From: an uncultured Anaerolineales bacterium
GTDB lineage: Bacteria > Chloroflexota > Anaerolineae > Anaerolineales > UBA6663
Direction of reading: 5' to 3'
Length of the DNA stretch: 64,000 nt
NCBI GenBank assembly: GCA_937952305.1
Contig: CALFZO010000166.1
Location: 1,487 to 65,486, forward strand
The position numbers and the translations under genes are program-made. Below are positions 55,492 through 64,000 of the stretch, one piece after another. The notes beneath the pieces are model-generated. The model ran no database searches and was not told the origin of the DNA. It worked only from the letters and a program-made list of their open reading frames with translations. The first letter of the stretch is position 1. Every line of letters starts with the position of its first letter.

Positions 55492-56047
55492 GCTTCTTAT
55501 CCCGGTTCCAGAACGGCGTCACATGGCGGGCGTCCTTGCGGCGGTCAGTGGCCTCGCTGCGCGGGTCCTTGAGTGTGCCGAGCGCGTCCAATGTGGCGTT
55601 GACCACATTCAAGACATTCGAGCTGCCCATCGACTTGGTCAGGATATCGCGCACACCGGCCGCTTCCAGCACCGCACGCACGCCGCCGGCGGCGATCACG
55701 CCCGTGCCGGGTGAAGCCGGCTTGAGCAGGATCTGGGCTCCACCGCGCTTGGCCGTGACCTCGTGCGGGATGGTAGTGCCCATGATCTGGACCGTGCGCA
55801 GATTCTTGCGGGCGCGCTCGGTCGCCTTGCGGATCGCATCCGGGACGGCCCGGCTCTTGCCGATGCCGATGCCAACGCGGCCGCGGTTGTCCCCGGCCAC
55901 CACGATCGTGCGGAAAGCGAAGCGCCGGCCGCCCTTGATCACCTTGGCGACGCGGGTGATATCGATGACGCGCTCGTCGAGCTCGTCGCCGCGCTCGTCC
56001 GTCTGGGGATCGCGGCCTCGGGGTGCTCGGGGTGCTCGTTGTGCCAT
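55481..56047 (-). CDS. rpsE: 30S ribosomal protein S5
   Basis: [24 protein letters not shown]. Confidence 0.98.
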   Translation of the reverse strand: MAQRAPRAPRGRDPQTDERGDELDERVIDITRVAKVIKGGRRFAFRTIVVAGDNRGRVGIGIGKSRAVPDAIRKATERARKNLRTVQIMGTTIPHEVTAKRGGAQILLKPASPGTGVIAAGGVRAVLEAAGVRDILTKSMGSSNVLNVVNATLDALGTLKDPRSEATDRRKDARHVTPFWNRDKKHGQ

Positions 56048-56413
56048 TTAGAACTCCAATCCGCCTTCGCGCGCGCCGTCAGCCAGCGCTTTGACGCGCC
56101 CATGATACCGATAGCCGCCGCGGTCAAAGACCACCTGGGTGATACCGTGGGCCTTGGCGCGTTCGGCCATGGCCATCCCCACCAGCTTGGCCTGCTCCGC
56201 CTTCTTCTTACCGGTCAGCTGCACCTTGAGCGCTGTGTCGACGGTGGACGCGGACACCAGGGTCACGCCCTGCTGATCGTCGATGAGTTGCGCATAAATG
56301 TTAGACAGGCTCCGGAAGACGTTCAGCCGCGGGCGGCTGGCCGTCCCAGACACGCGCGCCCGCACCCGGCGGCGACGCCGCTCCCGTCCAGCGAGACGTT
56401 TGTTATCGGGCAT
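56048..56413 (-). CDS. rplR: 50S ribosomal protein L18
   Basis: [22 protein letters not shown]. Confidence 0.98.
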   Translation of the reverse strand: MPDNKRLAGRERRRRRVRARVSGTASRPRLNVFRSLSNIYAQLIDDQQGVTLVSASTVDTALKVQLTGKKKAEQAKLVGMAMAERAKAHGITQVVFDRGGYRYHGRVKALADGAREGGLEF

Positions 56414-56431
56414 TACATCACTCCTGTGGCT

Positions 56432-56977
56432 TTAGCCGACCTTGCCGGCCTTGCCCGCCTTGCGCTTGATCTGCTCGCCCACGTAGCGCAGGCCTTTGCC
56501 CTTGTAGGGCTCCGGCGGGCGCCAGTGGCGGATGTTCGCAGCCACCTGACCGACCAACTCGCGGTCGAAACCCGACACGGTGATCGTGCGGGCCTTCTCG
56601 TCGACGACGAAGGCGATCCCGGCCGGCGGCTCGACTGTGATCGGGTGCGAATAGCCCAGGGCCATCACCAGTTGCTTGCCTTTGACCTCGGCGCGATAAC
56701 CGACGCCCTCGATCTGCAGCGTCTTGGCAAACCCCTGGCTGACGCCGTGGACCATGTTGGCCAGCACCGCGCGCGTTGTGCCGTGCAGCGCCCGTAATTG
56801 GCGCGCATCCGAGGCGCGGGTCACCACCAACTGCCCGTTCTCCAGGCCGATGCCGACCTCGCCCGCAAAGGTGCGCGTCAGCTCGCCTTTGGGACCCTTA
56901 ACTTTGACCGTCTTCTCAGAGACATCGACCGTCACCCCCTTGGGGATGTCGATCGGCTTTTTTCCAATCCGCGACAT
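56432..56977 (-). CDS. rplF: 50S ribosomal protein L6
   Basis: MSRIGKKP, GVGYRA, PEPYKGKG. Confidence 0.98.
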   Translation of the reverse strand: MSRIGKKPIDIPKGVTVDVSEKTVKVKGPKGELTRTFAGEVGIGLENGQLVVTRASDARQLRALHGTTRAVLANMVHGVSQGFAKTLQIEGVGYRAEVKGKQLVMALGYSHPITVEPPAGIAFVVDEKARTITVSGFDRELVGQVAANIRHWRPPEPYKGKGLRYVGEQIKRKAGKAGKVG

Positions 56978-57000
56978 AGTTCACCTCTCCCGGCGCCCGG

Positions 57001-57411
57001 TCACCAGACTTTGCACAAGACTTCGCCGCCGACGCCGAGCTTGCGGGCCTTGGCGCCCGTCATGACCCCGCGCGGCGTGGACAGGATGGAGATGCCCATC
57101 CCCTGCAGCACCCACGGGATCTCGCTGCGGCGAGTATAGACGCGCCGGCCAGGCTTGGAGATGCGCTCCAGCCCCGTGATCACCGGGCGCTTGTCGCGGC
57201 GTTCGCCGACGTACTTCAGCGTCAAGCGCAGGGTCGGCTGCTGCTCGCCCTCCGCCTGCAGCTGCGCGTATTCGTCGATGTAGCCTTCTTCTTTCAGGAT
57301 GTGGGCGATGGCCAGCTTGAGTTTGGAGCTGGGGAACGCCACCGTGCTGTGCCCGGACCGCAGACCGTTGCGGATGCGGGTCAACATATCGGCAATGGGA
57401 TCGCTGTGCAT
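57001..57411 (-). CDS. rpsH: 30S ribosomal protein S8
   Basis: [25 protein letters not shown]. Confidence 0.98.
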   Translation of the reverse strand: MHSDPIADMLTRIRNGLRSGHSTVAFPSSKLKLAIAHILKEEGYIDEYAQLQAEGEQQPTLRLTLKYVGERRDKRPVITGLERISKPGRRVYTRRSEIPWVLQGMGISILSTPRGVMTGAKARKLGVGGEVLCKVW

Positions 57412-57430
57412 ACCTGCTCTCCTTGCCCGC

Positions 57431-57613
57431 TTACCAGGACGCCTTTACCACGCCCGGGATCTTCCCGGCCAGGGCCAGCTCACGGAAGCAGATGCGGCAT
57501 AGATGAAACCGGCGGATGAAGCCTCGCGGACGCCCACACAGTTTGCAGCGGTTGCGCACGCGCACCGGGAACTTGCGCCGCATCTCGCGGTAGGTCATGC
57601 ATTTCTTGGCCAT
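57431..57613 (-). CDS. rpsZ: 30S ribosomal protein S14 type Z (Zn-binding)
   Basis: RCKLCGRP...[16 protein letters not shown]. Confidence 0.97.
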   Translation of the reverse strand: MAKKCMTYREMRRKFPVRVRNRCKLCGRPRGFIRRFHLCRICFRELALAGKIPGVVKASW

Positions 57614-57619
57614 CGTCTC

Positions 57620-58171
57620 TTACGCGCCTTTCTTGCGGAACGGCATGCCCAGCATCTGCAGCAACCGGCGGCCATGCTCGTCGGTTCTGGCCGTGGTGAC
57701 CACCGTGATCTCCATGCCGCGCAGCTTGTCGATCTTGTCGTAATCGATCTCGGGAAAGACCAGTTGCTCGCGCAGGCCCAGGGTGTAGTTGCCGCGGCCG
57801 TCGAAAGCGTCTGGCGATATGCCGCGGAAGTCACGCACGCGCGGCAGCGCCAAGTTCATCAGGCGGTCCAGGAAGGACCACATCCGCTCGCCGCGCAACG
57901 TCACCTTGACACCGATCGGCTTGCCTTCGCGCAGCTTGAAGTTCGAAATGCTCTTGCGCGCCTTGGCGATGACCGGTTTCTGGCCCGCGATGATCGTCAG
58001 ATCACTGACGGCCGCATCCAGCGCCTTGGAATCGGTCTGGGTCTCCGAACCGACGCCGATGTTGATGACGACTTTCTCAACGCGCGGCACTTCCATGATG
58101 TTCCGGAAGGCGAACTCGCGCGTCAACGCCGGCATCACTTCGTTTTTGTAAAGCTCTTGTAGCCTGTGCAT
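57620..58171 (-). CDS. rplE: 50S ribosomal protein L5
   Basis: GQKPV, FKLREG, FDGRGNY.LG, FPEI. Confidence 0.98.
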   Translation of the reverse strand: MHRLQELYKNEVMPALTREFAFRNIMEVPRVEKVVINIGVGSETQTDSKALDAAVSDLTIIAGQKPVIAKARKSISNFKLREGKPIGVKVTLRGERMWSFLDRLMNLALPRVRDFRGISPDAFDGRGNYTLGLREQLVFPEIDYDKIDKLRGMEITVVTTARTDEHGRRLLQMLGMPFRKKGA

Positions 58172-58197
58172 TGAACGACTGTCTCCTGCCCCGTGCC

Positions 58198-58527
58198 CTA
58201 CTTATCCAGGACTTCGCCGCTCTCTTTGGCCACGCGCACCCAACTATCCCCTTCCCGCCGATAACCAATGCGGGTCGGTTCGTTAGTCTTCGGGTCCACG
58301 ACCATGACGTTCGAGGCGTGAATGGGAGCGTCAAATTCGGCGATTTGCGGCGCGCTCTGCCGGCCGGCAGCTTGTGGGGCGGCCTTCTTGTGCTTCTTGC
58401 GCACATTGACGCCCTGCACCACCACCCGGTTTTCCTTGGGCAACACCTCCAGCACTTCGCCGCGCTTGCCCTTGTCCTTGCCGGCGATCACCACCACGGT
58501 GTCGCCCTTCTTGATCTTCATCTTCAT
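58198..58527 (-). CDS. rplX: 50S ribosomal protein L24
   Basis: [25 protein letters not shown]. Confidence 0.98.
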   Translation of the reverse strand: MKMKIKKGDTVVVIAGKDKGKRGEVLEVLPKENRVVVQGVNVRKKHKKAAPQAAGRQSAPQIAEFDAPIHASNVMVVDPKTNEPTRIGYRREGDSWVRVAKESGEVLDK

Positions 58528-58546
58528 TGCGCTCTGGCCTCCCGCC

Positions 58547-58918
58547 TCACAACACTTCCGGCGCCAGGGAGACGATCTTCATAAAGCCCTTCTCGCGCAG
58601 TTCGCGCGCCACCGGGCCAAAGATGCGGGTCCCTTTCGGGTTCTCGCCGTCGTCATCCAGGATCACCGCCGCATTGTCGTCAAAGCGGATGTAGGAGCCG
58701 TCGTCCCGCTTGAACTCCTTGGCGCAGCGCACAATCACGGCTTTGACGACGGCGCTTTTCTTGACCGCGCCCTGCGGGGCGGCTTCCTTGACCGACGCCA
58801 CCACCACGTCGCCGACATATCCGTACCGACGCTTGGAACCGCCCAGGATCCGAATCACCAGCAGTTCGCGGGCGCCGGTATTGTCGGCCACCGCCAAACG
58901 CGACTCTTGCTGGATCAT
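58547..58918 (-). CDS. rplN: 50S ribosomal protein L14
   Basis: [27 protein letters not shown]. Confidence 0.98.
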   Translation of the reverse strand: MIQQESRLAVADNTGARELLVIRILGGSKRRYGYVGDVVVASVKEAAPQGAVKKSAVVKAVIVRCAKEFKRDDGSYIRFDDNAAVILDDDGENPKGTRIFGPVARELREKGFMKIVSLAPEVL

Positions 58919-59193
58919 GCCGCACCCCCCTCGGGCGCCAGCTCAGACACCTGCACGGCGCGATTGAGGACGCTCTCCACCACCCAACGCTTGCGCCGGC
59001 TGATGGGCTGGCTCTCCACAATCTGCACCGCGTCGCCGACCTGGCACTGGTGCTCGTCGTGGGCCATGAAGCGCGTGGCGCGGTGCACCACCTTGCCGTA
59101 CAGCGGGTGACGGTAGCTGCTCTCGACCTCCACCACCACCGTCTTCATCATCTTGTTGCTGGTCACTCGACCGACTAAGCGACGGCGAGGCAT
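58915..59193 (-). CDS. rpsQ: 30S ribosomal protein S17
   Basis: [28 protein letters not shown]. Confidence 0.97.
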   Translation of the reverse strand: MPRRRLVGRVTSNKMMKTVVVEVESSYRHPLYGKVVHRATRFMAHDEHQCQVGDAVQIVESQPISRRKRWVVESVLNRAVQVSELAPEGGAA

Positions 59194-59194
59194 G

Positions 59195-59416
59195 TCAACT
59201 CTCCTTCGTGGCCGCGAGCTGGGCCGCAATCGCGCGCTCCCGCAACACGGTGGCCAACTGCGCAATCGTCCGGCGCGAAGCGCGCAGGCGGCTGTAATCG
59301 GTCAACTGGCCGGTGCGATACTGAAAGCGCAACTTGAATAGTTCTTCCCGGGCGTCTTCCAGCTTCGATTCAATCTCAGCTGTGGCCAGCGCCCGAATTT
59401 CGCTTGAACGCATCAC
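59195..59416 (-). CDS. rpmC: 50S ribosomal protein L29
   Basis: [19 protein letters not shown]; position between rplP and rpsQ. Confidence 0.96.
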   Translation of the reverse strand: MMRSSEIRALATAEIESKLEDAREELFKLRFQYRTGQLTDYSRLRASRRTIAQLATVLRERAIAAQLAATKES

Positions 59417-59844
59417 TGACCTCCTGCGGCCCGGACCTCGTCCGACGTCACCATCTTGGTTTTGATGGGCAACTTGTGCGAGGCCAGGCGGATCGCCTCT
59501 TTGGCGATGTCCTCCGGCAAGCCGGCGACTTCAAAAATGATGCGGCCCGGCTTGATCACGGCAACCCAGTGGTCCACCGCGCCCTTGCCCTTGCCCATGC
59601 GGCTCTCGGCCGCACGCTGGGTGACCGGCTTATCCGGGAAAACCCGCACCCACACCTTGCCGCGGCGCTTCATATAGCGCACCAAGGCACGGCGCGCGGC
59701 CTCGATCTGCCGCTGGGTCAGCCAACACGGCTCAAGGGCCTGCAGGCCGTACTCGCCAAACGAAATCTCGACGCCACGGGTTTCATGTCCAGTCATGCGC
59801 CCGCGCATTTGCTTGCGCCATTTGACGCGCTTTGGCATCAACAT
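59413..59844 (-). CDS. rplP: 50S ribosomal protein L16
   Basis: [22 protein letters not shown]. Confidence 0.98.
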   Translation of the reverse strand: MLMPKRVKWRKQMRGRMTGHETRGVEISFGEYGLQALEPCWLTQRQIEAARRALVRYMKRRGKVWVRVFPDKPVTQRAAESRMGKGKGAVDHWVAVIKPGRIIFEVAGLPEDIAKEAIRLASHKLPIKTKMVTSDEVRAAGGQ

Positions 59845-59910
59845 AGTTCACCTCACGGTCGGCGCTGCCGCCCGGCGCCGTCGCACCGGTCCAACGCCAA
59901 CGTGCTACTC

Positions 59911-60588
59911 CTACTCGCTGACGTACACGTCCTCGGTCACTTCCGGTATTTCAATCGTCTCCGGCAACTTTTCGCCCTTGTATATCCAGACCTTGATGCC
60001 GATCCGGCCGAAAGTGGTCAAGGCCTCGGCGCGGGCGAAGTCAATATCGGCGCGCAGCGTCTGCGACGGCACGCGGCCTTCGCGCGCTGTCTCGCGGCGC
60101 GACATCTCGGCGCCGCCCAGGCGGCCGGAACACACGATCTTGATGCCTTGCGCGCCCTGGCGCATCGCCTGCGTCACCGCGCGCTTCATGGCGCGGCTGT
60201 GGCTGATGCGGCGCACGATCTGGTCCCCGATATTCTCGGCCACCAGCTTGGCCTCCAGGTCCGGCTGCGAGATCTCCTCAACCTCCAGCTTGACCTTGGA
60301 GCCCGTCAGGGATTCGAGCTTGTGGCGCAGCACTTTCACCTGCGCGCCCTTGCGCCCGATCAGGATGCCGGGCTTGGCGGTCCAGATCGTGATCGTCACG
60401 CTGGACGGCGAGCGGTCGATGTCCACACGCGCGACGCCAGCCTTGGGGGCCTCGACATACACCAGCTTGCGGATGGCGAAATCCTGCTGCAGCTGCTGCG
60501 CATAGCGCCCCTTGGGCGCGTACCAGCGCGCTTCCCAGTCCTTGATGATGCCCAGCCGGAAGCCGATCGGATGAACTTTACGACCCAT
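59911..60588 (-). CDS. rpsC: 30S ribosomal protein S3
   Basis: [28 protein letters not shown]. Confidence 0.98.
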   Translation of the reverse strand: MGRKVHPIGFRLGIIKDWEARWYAPKGRYAQQLQQDFAIRKLVYVEAPKAGVARVDIDRSPSSVTITIWTAKPGILIGRKGAQVKVLRHKLESLTGSKVKLEVEEISQPDLEAKLVAENIGDQIVRRISHSRAMKRAVTQAMRQGAQGIKIVCSGRLGGAEMSRRETAREGRVPSQTLRADIDFARAEALTTFGRIGIKVWIYKGEKLPETIEIPEVTEDVYVSE

Positions 60589-60938
60589 TAGGACGCCGCT
60601 CCTTCTTTCTCAGCCACAACGATCGTGATGTGCGACGAACGCCGCAGCAGCGGCTTGAACCGCCCACGCGCGCCAAAGCGGCGCCACTTGCGGGTCGGCC
60701 CCTCGTCCGCGTAAGCTTTCTTGATGTACAGTTCCGCCCGGTTGAGGCCGAAATTCTCTTCGGCGTTGGCAATAGCCGTCCGCACAACCTTATAGACGGC
60801 CTGCGCCGCCGCCTTGGGCGTGAACTTCAGGATGGTCAGGGCCTCGTCGGCGCTCCGGCCGCGCACCAGATCCACGACCAGGCGCGTCTTCTGAGCCGAC
60901 AGGCCGATGTAGCGGGCTTGCGCCTTGACGTCGCTCAT
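60588..60938 (-). CDS. rplV: 50S ribosomal protein L22
   Basis: [18 protein letters not shown]...SHITI. Confidence 0.98.
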   Translation of the reverse strand: MSDVKAQARYIGLSAQKTRLVVDLVRGRSADEALTILKFTPKAAAQAVYKVVRTAIANAEENFGLNRAELYIKKAYADEGPTRKWRRFGARGRFKPLLRRSSHITIVVAEKEGAAS

Positions 60939-61231
60939 GCCTTGGCGCCTCCGGCGGTTTCGGTCGTCTTCTCCTTGGACACGTGGCCGCGGAACATGCG
61001 CGTCGGCGCAAATTCGCCCAGCTTGTGGCCGACCATGTTCTCGGTGATGTAGATCGGCACGTGCCGCCGGCCATCATGCACGGCGATGGTGTGGCCGACC
61101 ATCTGCGGGAAGATCGTGCTGGCGCGGCTCCAGGTGCGAACGACCTTCTTCTCGGCGCGCTGGTTCATGGCCTCAATGCGCTTGAGCAGTTTCGGCTCAA
61201 CGAACGGCCCTTTTTTCAGTGATCGCGACAT
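60935..61231 (-). CDS. rpsS: 30S ribosomal protein S19
   Basis: [22 protein letters not shown]. Confidence 0.98.
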   Translation of the reverse strand: MSRSLKKGPFVEPKLLKRIEAMNQRAEKKVVRTWSRASTIFPQMVGHTIAVHDGRRHVPIYITENMVGHKLGEFAPTRMFRGHVSKEKTTETAGGAKA

Positions 61232-61256
61232 ACGACGTTCTCCTCGTACCTACAGC

Positions 61257-62090
61257 TTAGCGCTGGCCGCGCCGCTTGACGATGAACTGGCTTGACTTCT
61301 TGTTGCGGCGGGTCTTGTAACCGCGCGTCGGCTTGCCCCACGGGCTGCGCGGGCCAGGCTTGCCCACCGGCTGCCGGCCCTCACCGCCGCCGTGCGGATG
61401 GTCGCGCGGACTCATGGCCGTGCCGCGCACCGTCGGCCGGACACCCAGGTGGCGCTTGCGCCCAGCCTTGCCGAGCTTCACATTGGAGTGATCCAGGTTG
61501 CCGACCACGCCAATGGTGGCCATACATTCCTGACGGATCAGGCGCACTTCCCCGGACGGCAAACGCACCTGGGCGTAATCGCCTTCCTTGCCCAGCAGCT
61601 GCGCGGCCATGCCGGCCGACCGGGCGATCTGGCCGCCCTTGCCCGGCTGAATCTCGATGTTGTGGATCAGCGTGCCCACCGGGATATTGGCGATCGGCAG
61701 CGCATTGCCGCTGCGGATGTCGATTTCCTTGCGGCTGGCCAGCACCCGGTCACCCACCTTCAACTCGAGCGGCGCCACGATGTAGCGCTTCTCGCCGTCG
61801 GCGTAATGCAGCAGCGCGATCCGGGCCGACCGGTTGGGGTCGTACTCGATGGCCGCCACTTTGGCCGGGATGTCCAGCTTGTCACGCTTGAAATCAACCA
61901 AGCGTAACTGGCGCTTGTGGCCGCCGCCGCGATGCCGCACGCTGACCGTGCCCTGATGGTCGCGGCCGCCGGTCTGGCGTTTGGGGGTGATCAGCCGGCG
62001 CTCCGGCTTGTCTTTGGTGATCTCCTCGAAGGTCGGGCTGGTCATCCCGCGCCGGCCGGGCGAGGTCGGTTTGTAGATTTTGACGGCCAT
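61257..62090 (-). CDS. rplB: 50S ribosomal protein L2
   Basis: [16 protein letters not shown]...DHPHGGGEG. Confidence 0.98.
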   Translation of the reverse strand: MAVKIYKPTSPGRRGMTSPTFEEITKDKPERRLITPKRQTGGRDHQGTVSVRHRGGGHKRQLRLVDFKRDKLDIPAKVAAIEYDPNRSARIALLHYADGEKRYIVAPLELKVGDRVLASRKEIDIRSGNALPIANIPVGTLIHNIEIQPGKGGQIARSAGMAAQLLGKEGDYAQVRLPSGEVRLIRQECMATIGVVGNLDHSNVKLGKAGRKRHLGVRPTVRGTAMSPRDHPHGGGEGRQPVGKPGPRSPWGKPTRGYKTRRNKKSSQFIVKRRGQR

Positions 62091-62392
62091 TATTTCACAC
62101 CCTCGAACAGGTCAATGGTCTGGTCGGCGCGGATGGTGACGATGGCCTTCTTGTACTCAGACTTGCGCACCACCTCACGGCGGGTGCGCCCGCGGCGGCC
62201 GCGCTTGGCGGGCACCACGACCACGTTCACCTTCATGACTTCCACATCGAAGAGCGTCTCGACCGCTTCCTTGACCTGGGTCTTGGTCGCGTGCGTATGC
62301 ACTTCAAACACGTACTGGTGCAACTTGGTGTTCTGGTACCGCGACTTCTCGGTTTCGATCGGACGCCGCAGGACGTCGTATACAGTCAACAT
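62090..62392 (-). CDS. rplW: 50S ribosomal protein L23
   Basis: PIETEKS, ATK.QVK.AVE..F, KKAIVT. Confidence 0.97.
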   Translation of the reverse strand: MLTVYDVLRRPIETEKSRYQNTKLHQYVFEVHTHATKTQVKEAVETLFDVEVMKVNVVVVPAKRGRRGRTRREVVRKSEYKKAIVTIRADQTIDLFEGVK

Positions 62393-62403
62393 GCTCCGTC
62401 TCC

Positions 62404-63024
62404 TCAGCCGAGATAGCCCTGGATCACGTCCAGCGCCGCCACTGGCAGCACCACGCGGTCGTAGCCGAGCAGGTCACGGATGTTCAGGTAGTTGGCGCGC
62501 AGATACTTGGCGTGCTCGATATTGCGGATCGACTTCTCGACAATGTCGTTCTTCTCAGGCAGCAGCACCAGCGCGCTATCGGTGCCGACCAACGCCACCA
62601 GCGCCTTGAGCATCTCGGCCGTCTTGGGTTGGGCCAGCAGCAACTCGTCCACGACAACGATCTGCGCGCCGGCCGCTTTGGCCGACAGCGCCGAACGTAG
62701 CGCGGCGCGCCGCATCTGGCGCGGCATCTTCAGGCTGTAATCGCGCGGCTGGGGCGTGTGCGCCTTGCCGCCGCCCTTCCAGTGCGGGGCGCGCGTGGAG
62801 CCTTGCCGCGCGCGGCCGGTGCCCTTCTGCTTCCAGGGCTTTTTGCCGCCGCCGGACACGTCGCCGCGCGTTTTGGTGGCATGCGTGCCCTGCCGCGCGT
62901 TGGCCAGCTGCCGCACCAGGGCCTGGTGCATCAGGTCCTGACGGATGGGCGCTTCAAAGATGGCCGCCGGCAGCTCGACCGTCCGGACCGTCTCGCCCTT
63001 TAGGTTCTTGACATCGACTTGCAT
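62404..63024 (-). CDS. rplD: 50S ribosomal protein L4
   Basis: KPWKQKGTGRARQGS, GGG..H.P.PR. Confidence 0.98.
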   Translation of the reverse strand: MQVDVKNLKGETVRTVELPAAIFEAPIRQDLMHQALVRQLANARQGTHATKTRGDVSGGGKKPWKQKGTGRARQGSTRAPHWKGGGKAHTPQPRDYSLKMPRQMRRAALRSALSAKAAGAQIVVVDELLLAQPKTAEMLKALVALVGTDSALVLLPEKNDIVEKSIRNIEHAKYLRANYLNIRDLLGYDRVVLPVAALDVIQGYLG

Positions 63025-63050
63025 GGTCGTCTCTCTCTAGTGCGCCGCGC

Positions 63051-63686
63051 TTACTTGGCCTTGCGCGCCGGGCGGATATAGACGATCGCGCCACTCGCGC
63101 CCGGAACGCTGCCGGCAACGCCCAGCAGGTTGCGCTCCGGATCGACCAGGGCGACTTGGATGTTCTGGGAGGTGACGCGGTCGACACCCATGTGGCCGGC
63201 CATCCGCTTGCCCTTGCGCAGGCGGCCAGGCGTGGTGTTGGAGGAGCTGGCGCCGGGAGCGCGGGTGCGGTCAGAGGCGCCGTGGGTCTTGTTCTGGCGC
63301 CGGAAATTGTGGCGCTTGATGCCGCCCTGGAAGCCTTTGCCCTTGCTGACCCCGCTGATATCCACGTGTTCGCCCAGGGCAAACACGTCCACCTGCACTT
63401 TGTCCCCCTCGCTCACATCGGCGGCCTCGAGGCGGAACTCATGCAGGTGGCGCAGCGGCGGCAGATTCAACCCATTGCGCTTCAGGTGCCCCTTTTCGCC
63501 GCCCGTCAGGCGTTTGGGGTTGACCTCTTCAAAGCCGAGCTGTACGGCCACATAGCCGTCCTTCTCAGCCGAGCGCACCTGGGTGACAAAGCATGGCCCA
63601 GCTTGGATCAAGGTAACAGGCGTCACGACGCCCTTCTCCGAGATCAGCTGGGTCATGCCGATCTTCTTCCCAATCAGCCCTTTCAT
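63051..63686 (-). CDS. rplC: 50S ribosomal protein L3
   Basis: GKKIGMTQ, KGKGFQG.IKRH, KRMAGHMG. Confidence 0.98.
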   Translation of the reverse strand: MKGLIGKKIGMTQLISEKGVVTPVTLIQAGPCFVTQVRSAEKDGYVAVQLGFEEVNPKRLTGGEKGHLKRNGLNLPPLRHLHEFRLEAADVSEGDKVQVDVFALGEHVDISGVSKGKGFQGGIKRHNFRRQNKTHGASDRTRAPGASSSNTTPGRLRKGKRMAGHMGVDRVTSQNIQVALVDPERNLLGVAGSVPGASGAIVYIRPARKAK

Positions 63687-63879
63687 CACAAATCTCCTTT
63701 GTGCCAGGCAGTGCACCCAGACAGGGCCACTGCGATTTACGTGGGACTGTATGCCTGGGCAACGGCATCATCATCCCTACAGCGTGGGCGTCAACCCGCC
63801 GGCGCGGCGCTCCGGTTTTGGGACCGCGCTCGGACGAGTTCGTCCCCACGCTAAGCCGCCATTTAACGGCGGCTCAGCA

Positions 63880-64000
63880 TTATAGCTTGATTTCGATATC
63901 CACGCCAGCCGGCAAATTCAACCGGGTCAGCAGGTCAATCGTCTTAGCATCCGGATCCAGCACGTCGATCAGACGCTTGTGGGTCCTAATCTCAAAATGC
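63880..64000 (-). CDS. rpsJ: 30S ribosomal protein S10, 3' end only
   Basis: Manual translation [13 protein letters not shown]...[12 protein letters not shown]. Confidence 0.97.
   Translation of the reverse strand, partial: HFEIRTHKRLIDVLDPDAKTIDLLTRLNLPAGVDIEIKL

Noticed and set aside
47023-64000. Ribosomal superoperon as a novel element
   Set aside because: Gene order is canonical apart from the missing infA. The small insertions in L17 and L24 and the S5 N-terminal extension look like ordinary lineage variation.

Overview
High-GC bacterial chromosomal window, most consistent with Chloroflexota (Anaerolineae-like). This lineage call is an inference from ribosomal protein and enolase sequence style, the C-terminal F/Y-x-P-x-x-x-R tail on the large surface protein, and gene content. 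The right quarter (47.0-64.0 kb, minus strand) is the canonical S10-spc-alpha ribosomal superoperon followed by truA-rplM-rpsI, with infA absent from its usual position. The remainder mixes housekeeping genes (gyrB, murA, eno, tyrS, alaS, class I aldolase, MazG/YabN, polX) with many signalling genes: a HAMP histidine kinase, an OmpR-type regulator, a cNMP-gated and a multi-GAF SpoIIE/RsbU-type phosphatase, and a co-oriented Ser/Thr signalling run. That run (kinase-PQQ propeller, PP2C, J-domain-VWA fusion, Zn-ribbon-FHA, an 80-aa possibly Sm-fold protein, response regulator, SPFH protein) is the best candidate for an undescribed system. I saw no CRISPR array, tRNA/rRNA, transposase, integrase or prophage gene. 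Domain calls come from motif recognition by eye, and novelty could not be checked against databases.
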